From the NCBI RefSeq assembly GCF_009914755.1, contig NC_060948.1: a stretch of 64,000 nucleotides of DNA; one strand, 5' to 3'. This DNA comes from the human T2T-CHM13v2.0 reference genome, Homo sapiens. The notes below the pieces were generated by a model, which had not been told where the DNA came from, ran no database searches, and saw only the letters and a list, made by a program, of their open reading frames with translations. A program made the position numbers and the translations under genes. The stretch's first letter is position 1, and each line of letters starts with the position of its first letter. Positions 13,496 through 26,900 of this stretch are shown piece after piece.

Positions 13496-16400
13496 TGTGG
13501 AATGGATAGTAATGGACTGGAGTGAAATGGACTGGAAAGGAATGGACTCAAATTGAAAGGGCTCGAAAGGAATGGAATCAAATGGAATGGTCTGGAATGG
13601 AATGAACACGAATGTAATGCAATCCAATAGAATGGAATCGAATGGCATGGAATATAAAGAAATGGAATCGAAGAGAATGGAAACAAATGGAATGGAATTG
13701 AGTGGAATGGAATTGAATGGAATGGGAACGAATGGAGTGAAATTGTATGCAGTAGAAGAGAATAGAATGGATTGCAAGCGAAAGGAAAGGAATGGATTGG
13801 AATGGAATGGAATTCATTGGAATGGAAGGGAATGTAGTGTAATGGACAGGCCTGGAATAAAGTGGAATGCTACGGTCTCGAATGGAATAAAAATGTATGG
13901 AATGGAATGCAATGAAACGGAATCGAATGTCATAGAATGTAATGGAATGCAAAAAAATGGAATCCAAAATCATTGACTGGAAAGGCTGGGTGTCGAAAGG
14001 AATTGACTCCAATGGAATGGAATCGAATGGAATGGAAGTGAATAGAATCGAACTAAATCGAATGGAATGGAATTGATAGGAACGGAATGGAAAGGAATGC
14101 AATGATTTGGCACGGAATGGAATCGAATGGCATCGAATGGAATGGAATGGAATGCAATGGAATGGAACGTATTAGAATGTAATGAACTTTAATGGAATGT
14201 ACTCGAATGGATTCGACTGGAATGGAATGTTCTGGAAGTGAATGGACTCCAATGGAATGGATTCAAAAGGAATGGAATCGTACGGAATGGAATCTAATGG
14301 AATGGAATTAAATGGAAATGAATCAAATTGAATAGCATGGAATTGAATTGAATGGAATCGAATGCAATGGAATCTAATGAAACGGAAAGGAAAGGAATGG
14401 AATGGAATGGGCTGGAATGGAAAGGAATCGAAACGAATGGAATGGAATCGAACTGAAGAGACTGGAATGGAATGCACTGGAATGGAAGGGAGTGTAATGG
14501 AAGGTTCTCGAAAAAAATGGAATCGAATGGAATGGAATTGAATGGAACGGTATAGAGTCGAATGGAATTGAATGGAATGGAATGGACTAGAGTGAAATGG
14601 AATCGAACCACAAGGAATGGACAGGAATAGAATGGTCTCGAATTGAATGGAATCGTATGGAATGGCATCAAACGGAATGGAATGGACAGCCACGGAATGG
14701 AATGCACTCGAATGCAATGGAGTCGAAACTAATGGACTGGAATAGAATGGACTCGACTGGTACGGACTCCAATGGAATGGAATCGAATGGAAGGGAATCG
14801 AACGGAATGGACTCGAAGGGAAAAGACTGCAATGGAAAGGTCTCGAATGGAATGGAAATTAATGGAATGGAATGGAATCGAATGAAATGGAGTCAAAAGG
14901 AATGGAATCGAATGGCAAGAAATCGAATGTAATGGAATCGCAAGGAATTGATGTGAACGGAACGGAATGGAATGGAATCCAAAGGAATGGAATAGAATGG
15001 AATGGAATCGAATGGAAAGGACTCGAATGGAAATCACTCGAATAGAATGCAATTTAATAAAATAGGACCAAATGTAATGGAATGGAATGGAAAGGAATCG
15101 AAACGAAAGGAATGGAGACAGATGGAATGGAATGGAACAGAGAGCAATGGTATAGAATGGAATGGAATCATCTGGAATGGAATTGAATGGAATGGAATAA
15201 TATGAAATGGAATGGAATGGAATGGAATGGAATGCCCTTGAATTAAATGGACTGGAATGGAATGGACTCGAACAGAGTGGAATGGAAAGTGTTGAGATAG
15301 AATGGAATGGACTCGTTTGGAATGGTCTAGTAGGCAATGCAATCGACTGGCAGGGAATCAAAAGGAATGTAATCGAATGGATTGGACTGGAATGCAATGG
15401 ACTCGAATAGATTGCAAACGGAATGCAAAGGAATGGAATGGAATAGTATGGAATGGAATGGAAAGGAATGGAGTGGAATAGACTAGAGTGGAATGGAATG
15501 GACTGGAAAGAAATGGACTGGAATGGAACTTTCTTGAATAGACAGGAATCAAACGGAATGGAATGCAATGCAATCAAATGGCATGGAATAAAATAGAATG
15601 AAAGAGAATCAAATGGAATTGAATCGAATGGAATCGAATGGATTGGAAAGGAATAGAATGGAATGGAATGGAATTGACTCAAATGGAATGGACTAGAATG
15701 GAATGGATTCGAATGGAAGGCAAAGGAATGGAATCTATTGGAATGGACTGTAATGGAATGGAATGGAAGGGATTGGAATGGACTCGAATGGAATGGACTG
15801 CAATAGAAAGGATTCGAATGGAATGAAAAAGAATTGAATGGAATAGAACAGAATGGAATCAAATCGAATGAAATGGAATGGAATAGAAAGGAATGGAATG
15901 AAATGGAATGGAAAGGATTCGAATGGAATGCAATCGAATGGAATGGAATCGAACGGAATGGAATAAAATGGAAGAAAACTGGCAAGAAATGGAATCGAAA
16001 TGAATGGAGTGTTATGGAACGGACTCAAAAGGAATTGAATGTAATAGAATGGAGTGGAGTGGACTCGAATATAATGGACTGGAATGGAATGAAATCACAT
16101 GGAATGGGAACGAATGGAATGGAATGGAAAGGAATGGAATCGAATGGAAAGGAATCGAATGGAAGGGAATGTAATTGAATCAACAGGAATGGAAGGGAAT
16201 AGAATAGACGGTAATGGAATGGACTCGAATTGAATGGACACGAATGCTCAAATTGAATGGACTCGAATGGAATGGAAACGAAAGGAATGTCATCGAATGG
16301 AATTGAATCGATTGGAATGAAATCGCATAGAATGGAGTGGAATCAAATGGAATTGAATCGAAAGGAAAGGAAGCGAATGGACTGAAATGAAATGGAATGG

Positions 16401-17910
16401 AATTGAATGGAAAGTAGTGCAATGGAATAGAATGGAACGAAATTTCACGGAATGGAATCAAACTGAATGGAATCAAATCAATGGAATCTAATCAAATGGA
16501 ATGGAAAGGAATTGAATGGAGTAGATTGGATTGGATGGGATTGGAATGAAATGTACTGGAAAGGACTCGAATTTCATGAAACGGAATGGAATGAATTGGA
16601 ACGGAATGGACTCGAATGGAATGGAATGTCATGGAATGGCATCAAATGGAATGGCATCAAATGGAATGGAATCGAATGCAATGGAATGCTATGGAATGGA
16701 ATGGAATGCATTGGAATGGAATGTCCGCTAATGGAATGGATTCGAGTGGAATGGCATCGAATATAATGGAGTCGAATGAAATGGAATTGAAAAGAATGGG
16801 ATCGAATACAATGGAATATACTGGAATGTAATGTAATGAACTCGAATGTAATTGACTGGAATGGAATGTACATGAATGGAATGTAATCGAATGGAAAGTA
16901 ATCCAATGGAATAGAATCTAATGCAATAAAATCGACTCAAATAGAGTAGAATGTAATGGAATGGAGTGCAGTGCAATGGAATGGAATGGAATGGAATGCA
17001 ATGGAATGGAATGGAATGGAATGGAATGGAATTTAATGGAATGGGATGGAATGGTATGGAATGGATAGTAATGGACTGGAGTGAAATGGACTGGAAAGGA
17101 ATGGACTCAAATTGAAAGGGCTCGAAAGGAATGGAGTCAAATGGAATGGTCTGGAATGGAATGAACACGAATGTAATGCAATCCAATAGAATGGAATCGA
17201 ATGGCATGGAATATAAAGAAATGGAATCGAAGAGAATGGAAACAAATGGAATGGAATTGAATGGAATGGAATTGAATGGAATGGGAACGAATGGAGTGAA
17301 ATTGTATGCAGTAGAAGGGAATAGAATGGAATGCAAGCGAAAGGAAAGGAATGGATTGGAATGGAATGGAATTCATTGGAATGGAAGGGAATGTAGTGTA
17401 ATGGACAGGTCTGGAATAAAGTGGAATGCTACGGTCTCGAATGGAATAAAAATGTATGGAATGGAATGCAATGAAACGGAATCGAATGTCATAGAATGTA
17501 ATGGAATGCAAAAAAATGGAATCCAAAATCATTGACTGGAAAGGCTGGGTGTCGAAAGGAATTGACTCCAATGGAATGGAATCGAATGGAATGGAAGTGA
17601 ATAGAATCGAACTAAATCGAATGGAATGGAATTGATAGGAACGGAATGGAAAGGAATGCAATGATTTGGCATGGAATGGAATCGAATGGCATCGAATGGA
17701 ATGGAATGGAATGCAATGGAATGGAATGTATTAGAATGGAATGAACTTTAATGGAATGTACTCGAATGGATTCGACTGGAATGGAATGTTCTGGAAGTGA
17801 ATGGACTCCAATGGAATGGATTCAAAAGGAATGGAATCGTACGGAATGGAATCTAATGGAATGGAATTAAATGGAAATGAATCAAATTGAATAGCACGGA
17901 ATTGAATTGA

Positions 17911-20900
17911 ATGGAATGGAATGCAATGGAATCTAATGAAACGGAAAGGAAAGGAATGGAATGGAATGGAATGGGCTGGAATGGAAAGGAATCGAAACGA
18001 ATGGAATGGAATCGAACTGAAGAGACTGGAATGGAATGCACTGGAATGGAAGGGAGTGTAATGGAAGGTTCTCGAAAAAAATGGAATCGAATGGAATGGA
18101 ATTGAATGGAACGGAATAGAGTCGAATGGAATTGAATGGAATGGAATGGACTAGAGTGAAATGGAATCGAACCACAAGGAATGGACAGGAATAGAATGGT
18201 CTCGAATTGAATGGAATCGTATGGAATGGCATCAAACGGAATGGAATGGACAGCCACGGAATGGAATGCACTCGAATGCAATGGAGTCGAAACAAATGGA
18301 CTGGAATAGAATGGACTCGACTGGTACGGACTCCAATGGAATGGAATCGAATGGAAGGGAATCGAACGGAAGGGAATCGAACGGAATGGACTCGAAGGGA
18401 AAAGACTGCAATGGAAAGGTCTCGAATGGAATGGAAATTAATGGAATGGAATGGAATCGAATGAAATGGAGTCAAAAGGAATGGAATCGAATGGCAAGAA
18501 ATCGAATGTAATGGAATCGCCAGGAATTGATGTGAACGGAACGGAATGGAATGGAATCCAAAGGAATGGAATAGAATGGAATGGAATCGAATGGAAAGGA
18601 CTCGAATGGAAATCACTCGAATAGAATGCAATTTAATAAAATAGGATCAAATGTAATGGAATGGAATGGAAAGGAATCGAAACGAAAGGAATGGAGACAG
18701 ATGGAATGGAATGGAACAGAGAGCAATGGTATAGAATGGAATGGAATCATCTGGAATGGAATTGAATGGAATGGAATAATATGAAATGGAATGGAATGGA
18801 ATGGAATGGAATGCCCTTGAATTAAATGGACTGGAATGGAATGGACTCAAACAGAGTGGAATGGAAAGTGTGGAGATAGAATGGAATGAACTCCTTTGGA
18901 ATGGTGTAGTATGCAATGCAATCGACTGGCAGGGAATCAAAAGGAATGTAATCGAATGGATTGGACTGGAATGCAATGGACTCGAATAGATTGGAAACGG
19001 AATGCAAAGGAATGGAATGGAATAGTATGGAATGCAATGGAAGGGAATGGAGTGGAATAGACTAGAGTGGAATGGAATGGACTGGAAAGCAATGGACTGA
19101 AATGGAACTTTCCTGAATGGACTGGAATCAAACGGAATGGAATGCAATGCAATCAAATGGCATGGAATAAAATAGAATGAAAGAGAATCAAATGGAATTG
19201 AATCGAATGGAATCGAATGGATTGGAAAGGAATAGAATGGAATGGAATGGAATTGACTCAAATGGAATGGACTAGAATGGAATGGATTCGAATGGAAGGC
19301 AAAGGAATGGAATCTATTGGAATGGACTGTAATGGAATGGAATGGAAGGGATTGGAATGGACTCGAATGGAATGGACTGCAATAGAAAGGATTCGAATGG
19401 AATGAAAAAGAATTGAATGGAATAGAACAGAATGGAATCAAATCGAATGAAATGGAATGGAATAGAAAGGAATGGAATGAAATGGAATGGAAAGGATTCG
19501 AATGGAATGCAATCGAATGGAATGGAATCGAACGGAATGGAATAAAATGGAAGAAAACTGGCAAGAAATGGAATCGAAATGAATGGAGTGTTATGGAACG
19601 GACTCAAAAGGAATTGAATGTAATAGAATGGAGTGGAGTGGACTCGAATATAATGGACTGGAATGGAATGAAATCACATGGAATGGGAACGAATGGAATG
19701 GAATGGAAAGGAATGGAATCGAATGGAAAGGAATCGAATGGAAGGGAATGAAATTGAATCAACAGGAATGGAAGGGAATAGAATAGACGGTAATGGAATG
19801 GACTCGAATAGAATGGACACGAATGCTCAAATTAAATGGACTCGAATGGAATGGAAACGAAAGGAATGTCATCGAATGGAATTGAATCGATTGGAATGAA
19901 ATCGCATAGAATGGAGTGGAATCAAATGGAATTGAATCGAAAGGAAAGGAAGCGAATGGACTGAAATGAAATGGAATGGAATTGAATGGAAAGTAATGCA
20001 ATGGAATAGAATGGAACGAAATTTCACGGAATGGAATCAAACTGAATGGAATCAAATCAATGGAATCAAATCAAATGGAATGGAAAGGAATTGAATGGAG
20101 TAGATGGGATTGGATGGGATTGGAATGAAATGTACTGGAAAGGACTCGAATTTCATGAAACGGAATGGAATGAATTGGAACGGAATGGACTCGAATGGAA
20201 TGGAATGTCATGGGATGGCATCAAATGGAATGGCATCAAATGGAATGGAATCGAATGCAATGGAATGCTATGGAATGGAATGGAATGCATTGGAATGGAA
20301 AGTCCTCTAATGGAATGGATTCGAGTGGAATGGAATTGAATATAATGGAGTCGAATGAAATGGAATTGAAAGGAATGGGATCGAATACAATGGAATATAC
20401 TGGAATGTAACGTAATGAACTCGAATGTAATTGACTGGAAAGGAATGTACATGAATGGAATGTAATCGAATGGAAAGTAATCCAATGGAATAGAATCTAA
20501 TGCAATAAAATCGACTCAGATAGAGTAGAATGTAATGGAATGGAGTGCAGTGCAATGGAATGGAATGGAATGGAATGCAATGGAATGGAATGGAATGGAA
20601 TGGAATGGAATGGAATGGAATGGGATGGAATGGTATGGAATGGATAGTAATGGACTGGAGTGAAATGGACTGGAAAGGAATGGACTCAAATTGAAAGGGC
20701 TCGAAAGGAATGGAGTCAAATGGAATGGTCTGGAATGGAATGAACACGAATGTAATGCAACCCAATAGAATGGAATCGAATGGCATGGAATATAAAGAAA
20801 TGGAATCGAAGAGAATGGAAACAAATGGAATGGAATTGAATGGAATGGAATTGAATGGAATGGGAACGAATGGAGTGAAATTGTATGCAGTAGAAGAGAA

Positions 20901-23900
20901 TAGAATGGAATGCAAGCGAAAGGAAAGGAATGGATTGGAATGGAATGGAATTCATTGGAATGGAAGGGAATGTAGTGTAATGGACAGGCCTGGAATAAAG
21001 TGGAATGCTACGGTCTCGAATGGAATAAAAATGTATGGAATGGAATGCAATGAAACGGAATCGAATGTCATAGAATGTAATGGAATGCAAAAAAATGGAA
21101 TCCAAAATCATTGACTGGAAAGGCTGGGTGTCGAAAGGAATTGACTCCAATGGAATGGAATCGAATGGAATGGAAGTGAATAGAATCGAACTAAATCGAA
21201 TGGAATGGAATTGATAGGAACGGAATGGAAAGGAATGCAATGATTTGGCATGGAATGGAATCGAATGGCATCGAATGGAATGGAATGGAATGCAATGGAA
21301 TGGAATGTATTAGAATGTAATGAACTTTAATGGAATGTACTCGAATGGATTCGACTGGAACGGAATGTTCTGGAAGTGAATGGACTCCAATGGAATGGAT
21401 TCAAAAGGAATGGAATCGTACGGAATGGAATCTAATGGAATGGAATTAAATGGAAATGAATCAAATTGAATAGCACGGAATTGAATTGAATGGAATGGAA
21501 TGCAATGGAATCTAATGAAACGGAAAGGAAAGGAATGGAATGGAATGGAATGGGCTGGAATGGAAAGGAATCGAAACGAATGGAATGGAATCGAACTGAA
21601 GAGACTGGAATGGAATGCACTGGAATGGAAGGGAGTGTAATGGAAGGTTCTCGAAAAAAATGGAATCGAATGGAATGGAATTGAATGGAACGGAATAGAG
21701 TCGAATGGAATTGAATGGAATGGAATGGACTAGAGTGAAATGGAATCGAACCACAAGGAATGGACAGGAATAGAATGGTCTCGAATTGAATGGAATCGTA
21801 TGGAATGGCATCAAACGGAATGGAATGGACAGCCACGGAATGGAATGCACTCGAATGCAATGGAGTCGAAACAAATGGACTGGAATAGAATGGACTCGAC
21901 TGGTACGGACTCCAATGGAATGGAATCGAATGGAAGGGAATCGAACGGAAGGGAATCGAACGGAATGGACTCGAAGGGAAAAGACTGCAATGGAAAGGTC
22001 TCGAATGGAATGGAAATTAATGGAATGGAATGGAATCGAATGAAATGGAGTCAAAAGGAATGGAATCGAATGGCAAGAAATCGAATGTAATGGAATCGCC
22101 AGGAATTGATGTGAACGGAACGGAATGGAATGGAATCCAAAGGAATGGAATAGAATGGAATGGAATCGAATGGAAAGGACTCGAATGGAAATCACTCGAA
22201 TAGAATGCAATTTAATAAAATAGGATCAAATGTAATGGAATGGAATGGAAAGGAATCGAAACGAAAGGAATGGAGACAGATGGAATGGAATGGAACAGAG
22301 AGCAATGGTATAGAATGGAATGGAATCATCTGGAATGGAATTGAATGGAATGGAATAATATGAAATGGAATGGAATGGAATGGAATGGAATGCCCTTGAA
22401 TTAAATGGACTGGAATGGAATGGACTCAAACAGAGTGGAATGGAAAGTGTGGAGATAGAATGGAATGAACTCCTTTGGAATGGTGTAGTATGCAATGCAA
22501 TCGACTGGCAGGGAATCAAAAGGAATGTAATCGAATGGATTGGACTGGAATGCAATGGACTCGAATAGATTGGAAACGGAATGCAAAGGAATGGAATGGA
22601 ATAGTATGGAATGCAATGGAAGGGAATGGAGTGGAATAGACTAGAGTGGAATGGAATGGACTGGAAAGCAATGGACTGAAATGGAACTTTCTTGGATGGA
22701 CTGGAATCAAACGGAATGGAATGCAATGCAATCAAATGGCATGGAATAAAATAGAATGAAAGAGAATCAAATGGAATTGAATCGAATGGAATCGAATGGA
22801 TTGGAAATGAATAGAATGGAATGGAATGGAATTGACTCAAATGGAATGGACTAGAATGGAATGGATTCGAATGGAAGGCAAAGGAATGGAATCTATTGGA
22901 ATGGACTGTAATGGAATGGAATGGAAGGGATTGGAATGGACTCGAATGGAATGGACTGCAATAGAAAGGATTCGAATGGAATGAAAAAGAATTGAATGGA
23001 ATAGAACAGAATGGAATCAAATCGAATGAAATGGAATGGAATAGAAAGGAATGGAATGAAATGGAATGGAAAGGATTCGAATGGAATGCAATCGAATGGA
23101 ATGGAATCGAACGGAATGGAATAAAATGGAAGAAAACTGGCAAGAAATGGAATCGAAATGAATGGAGTGTTATGGAACGGACTCAAAAGGAATTGAATGT
23201 AATAGAATGGAGTGGAGTGGACTCGAACATAATGGACTGGAATGGAATGAAATCACATGGAATGGGAACGAATGGAATGGAATGGAAAGGAATGGAATCG
23301 AATGGAAAGGAATCGAATGGAAGGGAATGAAATTGAATCAACACGAATGGAAGGGAATAGAATAGACTGTAATGGAATGGACTCGAATAGAATGGACACG
23401 AATGCTCAAATTAAATGGACTCGAATGGAATGGAAACGAAAGGAATGTCATCGAATGGAATTGAATCGATTGGAATGACATCGCATAGAATGGAGTGGAA
23501 TCAAATGGAATTGAATCGAAAGGAAAGGAAGCGAATGGACTGAAATGAAATGGAATGGAATTGAATGGAAAGTAATGCAATGGAATAGAATGGAACGAAA
23601 TTTCACGGAATGGAATCAAACTGAATGGAATCAAATCAATGGAATCAAATCAAATGGAATGGAAAGGAATTGAATGGAGTAGATGGGATTGGATGGGATT
23701 GGAATGAAATGTACTGGAAAGGACTCGAATTTCATGAAACGGAATGGAATGAATTGGAACGGAATGGACTCGAATGGAATGGAATGTCATGGGATGGCAT
23801 CAAATGTAATGGCATCAAATGGAATGGAATCGAATGCAGTGGAATGCTATGGAATGGAATGGAATGCATTGGAATGGAATGTCCTCTAATGGAATGGATT

Positions 23901-26900
23901 CGAGTGGAATGGAATTGAATATAATGGAGTCGAATGAAATGGAATTGAAAGGAATGGGATCGAATACAATGGAATATACTGGAATGTAACGTAATGAACT
24001 CGAATGTAATTGACTGGAATGGAATGTACATGAATGGAATGTAATCGAATGGAAAGTAATCCAATGGAATAGAATCTAATGCAATAAAATCGACTCAGAT
24101 AGAGTAGAATGTAATGGAATGGAGTGCAGTGCAATGGAATGGAATGGAATGGAATGCAATGGAATGGAATGGAATGGAATGGAATGGAATGGAATGGAAT
24201 GGGATGGAATGGTATGGAATGGATAGTAATAGACTGGAGTGAAATGGACTGGAAAGGAATGGACTCAAATTGAAAGGGCTCGAAAGGAATGGAGTCAAAT
24301 GGAATGGTCTGGAATGGAATGAACACGAATGTAATGCAACCCAATAGAATGGAATCGAATGGCATGGAATATAAAGAAATGGAATCGAAGAGAATGGAAA
24401 CAAATGGAATGGAATTGAATGGAATGGAATTGAATGGAATGGGAACGAATGGAGTGAAATTGTATGCAGTAGAAGAGAATAGAATGGAATGCAAGCGAAA
24501 GGAAAGGAATGGATTGGAATGGAATGGAATTCATTGGAATGGAAGGGAATGTAGTGTAATGGACAGGCCTGGAATAAAGTGGAATGCTACGGTCTCGAAT
24601 GGAATAAAAATGTATGGAATGGAATGCAATGAAACGGAATCGAATGTCATAGAATGTAATGGAATGCAAAAAAATGGAATCCAAAATCATTGACTGGAAA
24701 GGCTGGGTGTTGAAAGGAATTGACTCCAATGGAATGGAATCGAATGGAATGGAAGTGAATAGAATCGAACTAAATCGAATGGAATGGAATTGATAGGAAC
24801 GGAATGGAAAGGAATGCAATGATTTGGCATGGAATGGAATCGAATGGCATCGAATGGAATGGAATGGAATGCAATGGAATGGAATGTATTAGAATGTAAT
24901 GAACTTTAATGGAATGTACTCGAATGGATTCGACTGGAATGGAATGTTCTGGAAGTGAATGGACTCCAATGGAATGGATTCAAAAGGAATGGAATCGTAC
25001 GGAATGGAATCTAATGGAATGGAATTAAATGGAAATGAATCAAATTGAATAGCACGGAATTGAATTGAATGGAATGGAATGCAATGGAATCTAATGAAAC
25101 GGAAAGGAAAGGAATGGAATGGAATGGAATGGGCTGGAATGGAAAGGAATCGAAACGAATGGAATGGAATCGAACTGAAGAGACTGGAATGGAATGCACT
25201 GGAATGGAAGGGAGTGTAATGGAAGGTTGTCGAAAAAAATGGAATCGAATGGAATGGAATTGAATGGAACGGAATAGAGTCGAATGGAATTGAATGGAAT
25301 GGAATGGACTAGAGTGAAATGGAATCGAACCACAAGGAATGGACAGGAATAGAATGGTCTCGAATTGAATGGAATCGTATGGAATGGCATCAAACGGAAT
25401 GGAATGGACAGCCACGGAATGGAATGCACTCGAATGCAATGGAGTCGAAACAAATGGACTGGAATAGAATGGACTCGACTGGTACGGACTCCAATGGAAT
25501 GGAATCGAATGGAAGGGAATCGAACGGAAGGGAATCGAACGGAATGGACTCGAAGGGAAAAGACTGCAATGGAAAGGTCTCGAATGGAATGGAAATTAAT
25601 GGAATGGAATGGAATCGAATGAAATGGAGTCAAAAGGAATGGAATCGAATGGCAAGAAATCGAATGTAATGGAATCGCCAGGAATTGATGTGAACGGAAC
25701 GGAATGGAATGGAATCCAAAGGAATGGAATAGAATGGAATGGAATCGAATGGAAAGGACTCGAATGGAAATCACTCGAATAGAATGCAATTTAATAAAAT
25801 AGGATCAAATGTAATGGAATGGAATGGAAAGGAATCGAAACGAAAGGAATGGAGACAGATGGAATGGAATGGAACAGAGAGCAATGGTATAGAATGGAAT
25901 GGAATCATCTGGAATGGAATTGAATGGAATGGAATAATATGAAATGGAATGGAATGGAATGGAATGGAATGCCCTTGAATTAAATGGACTGGAATGGAAT
26001 GGACTCAAACAGAGTGGAATGGAAAGTGTGGAGATAGAATGGAATGAACTCCTTTGGAATGGTGTAGTATGCAATGCAATCGACTGGCAGGGAATCAAAA
26101 GGAATGTAATCGAATGGATTGGACTGGAATGCAATGGACTCGAATAGATTGGAAACGGAATGCAAAGGAATGGAATGGAATAGTATGGAATGCAATGGAA
26201 GGGAATGGAGTGGAATAGACTAGAGTGGAATGGAATGGACTGGAAAGCAATGGACTGAAATGGAACTTTCCTGAATGGACTGGAATCAAACGGAATGGAA
26301 TGCAATGCAATCAAATGGCATGGAATAAAATAGAATGAAAGAGAATCAAATGGAATTGAATCGAATGGAATCGAATGGATTGGAAAGGAATAGAATGGAA
26401 TGGAATGGAATTGACTCAAATGGAATGGACTAGAATGGAATGGATTCGAATGGAAGGCAAAGGAATGGAATCTATTGGAATGGACTGTAATGGAATGGAA
26501 TGGAAGGGATTGGAATGGACTCGAATGGAATGGACTGCAATAGAAACGATTCGAATGGAATGAAAAAGAATTGAATGGAATAGAACAGAATGGAATCAAA
26601 TCGAATGAAATGGAATGGAATAGAAAGGAATGGAATGAAATGGAATGGAAAGGATTCGAATGGAATGCAATCGAATGGAATGGAATCGAACGGAATGGAA
26701 TAAAATGGAAGAAAACTGGCAAGAAATGGAATCGAAATGAATGGAGTGTTATGGAACGGACTCAAAAGGAATTGAATGTAATAGAATGGAGTGGAGTGGA
26801 CTCGAATATAATGGACTGGAATGGAATGAAATCACATGGAATGGGAACGAATGGAATGGAATGGAAAGGAATGGAATCGAATGGAAAGGAATCGAATGGA

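Larger units (their letters stand above)
131..17910 (+). repeat. Units U1-U5, subfamily I (lengths 3559, 3549, 3544, 3569, 3559 bp)
   Basis: Anchor spacing. Shared alleles GTGTTGAG, CTCGAACAGAG, GTAGATTGGA, GCAATCCAAT; no 15-bp duplication; many private SNVs per unit. Confidence 0.88.

Noticed and set aside
14729-15985. Longest ORF (418 aa, - strand) and the recurring 305-aa FHSIP-rich ORFs
   Set aside because: (CATTC)n has no stop codon in any frame and translates to HSIPF repeats. ORF ends shift with single SNVs between units and there is no domain or gene structure.
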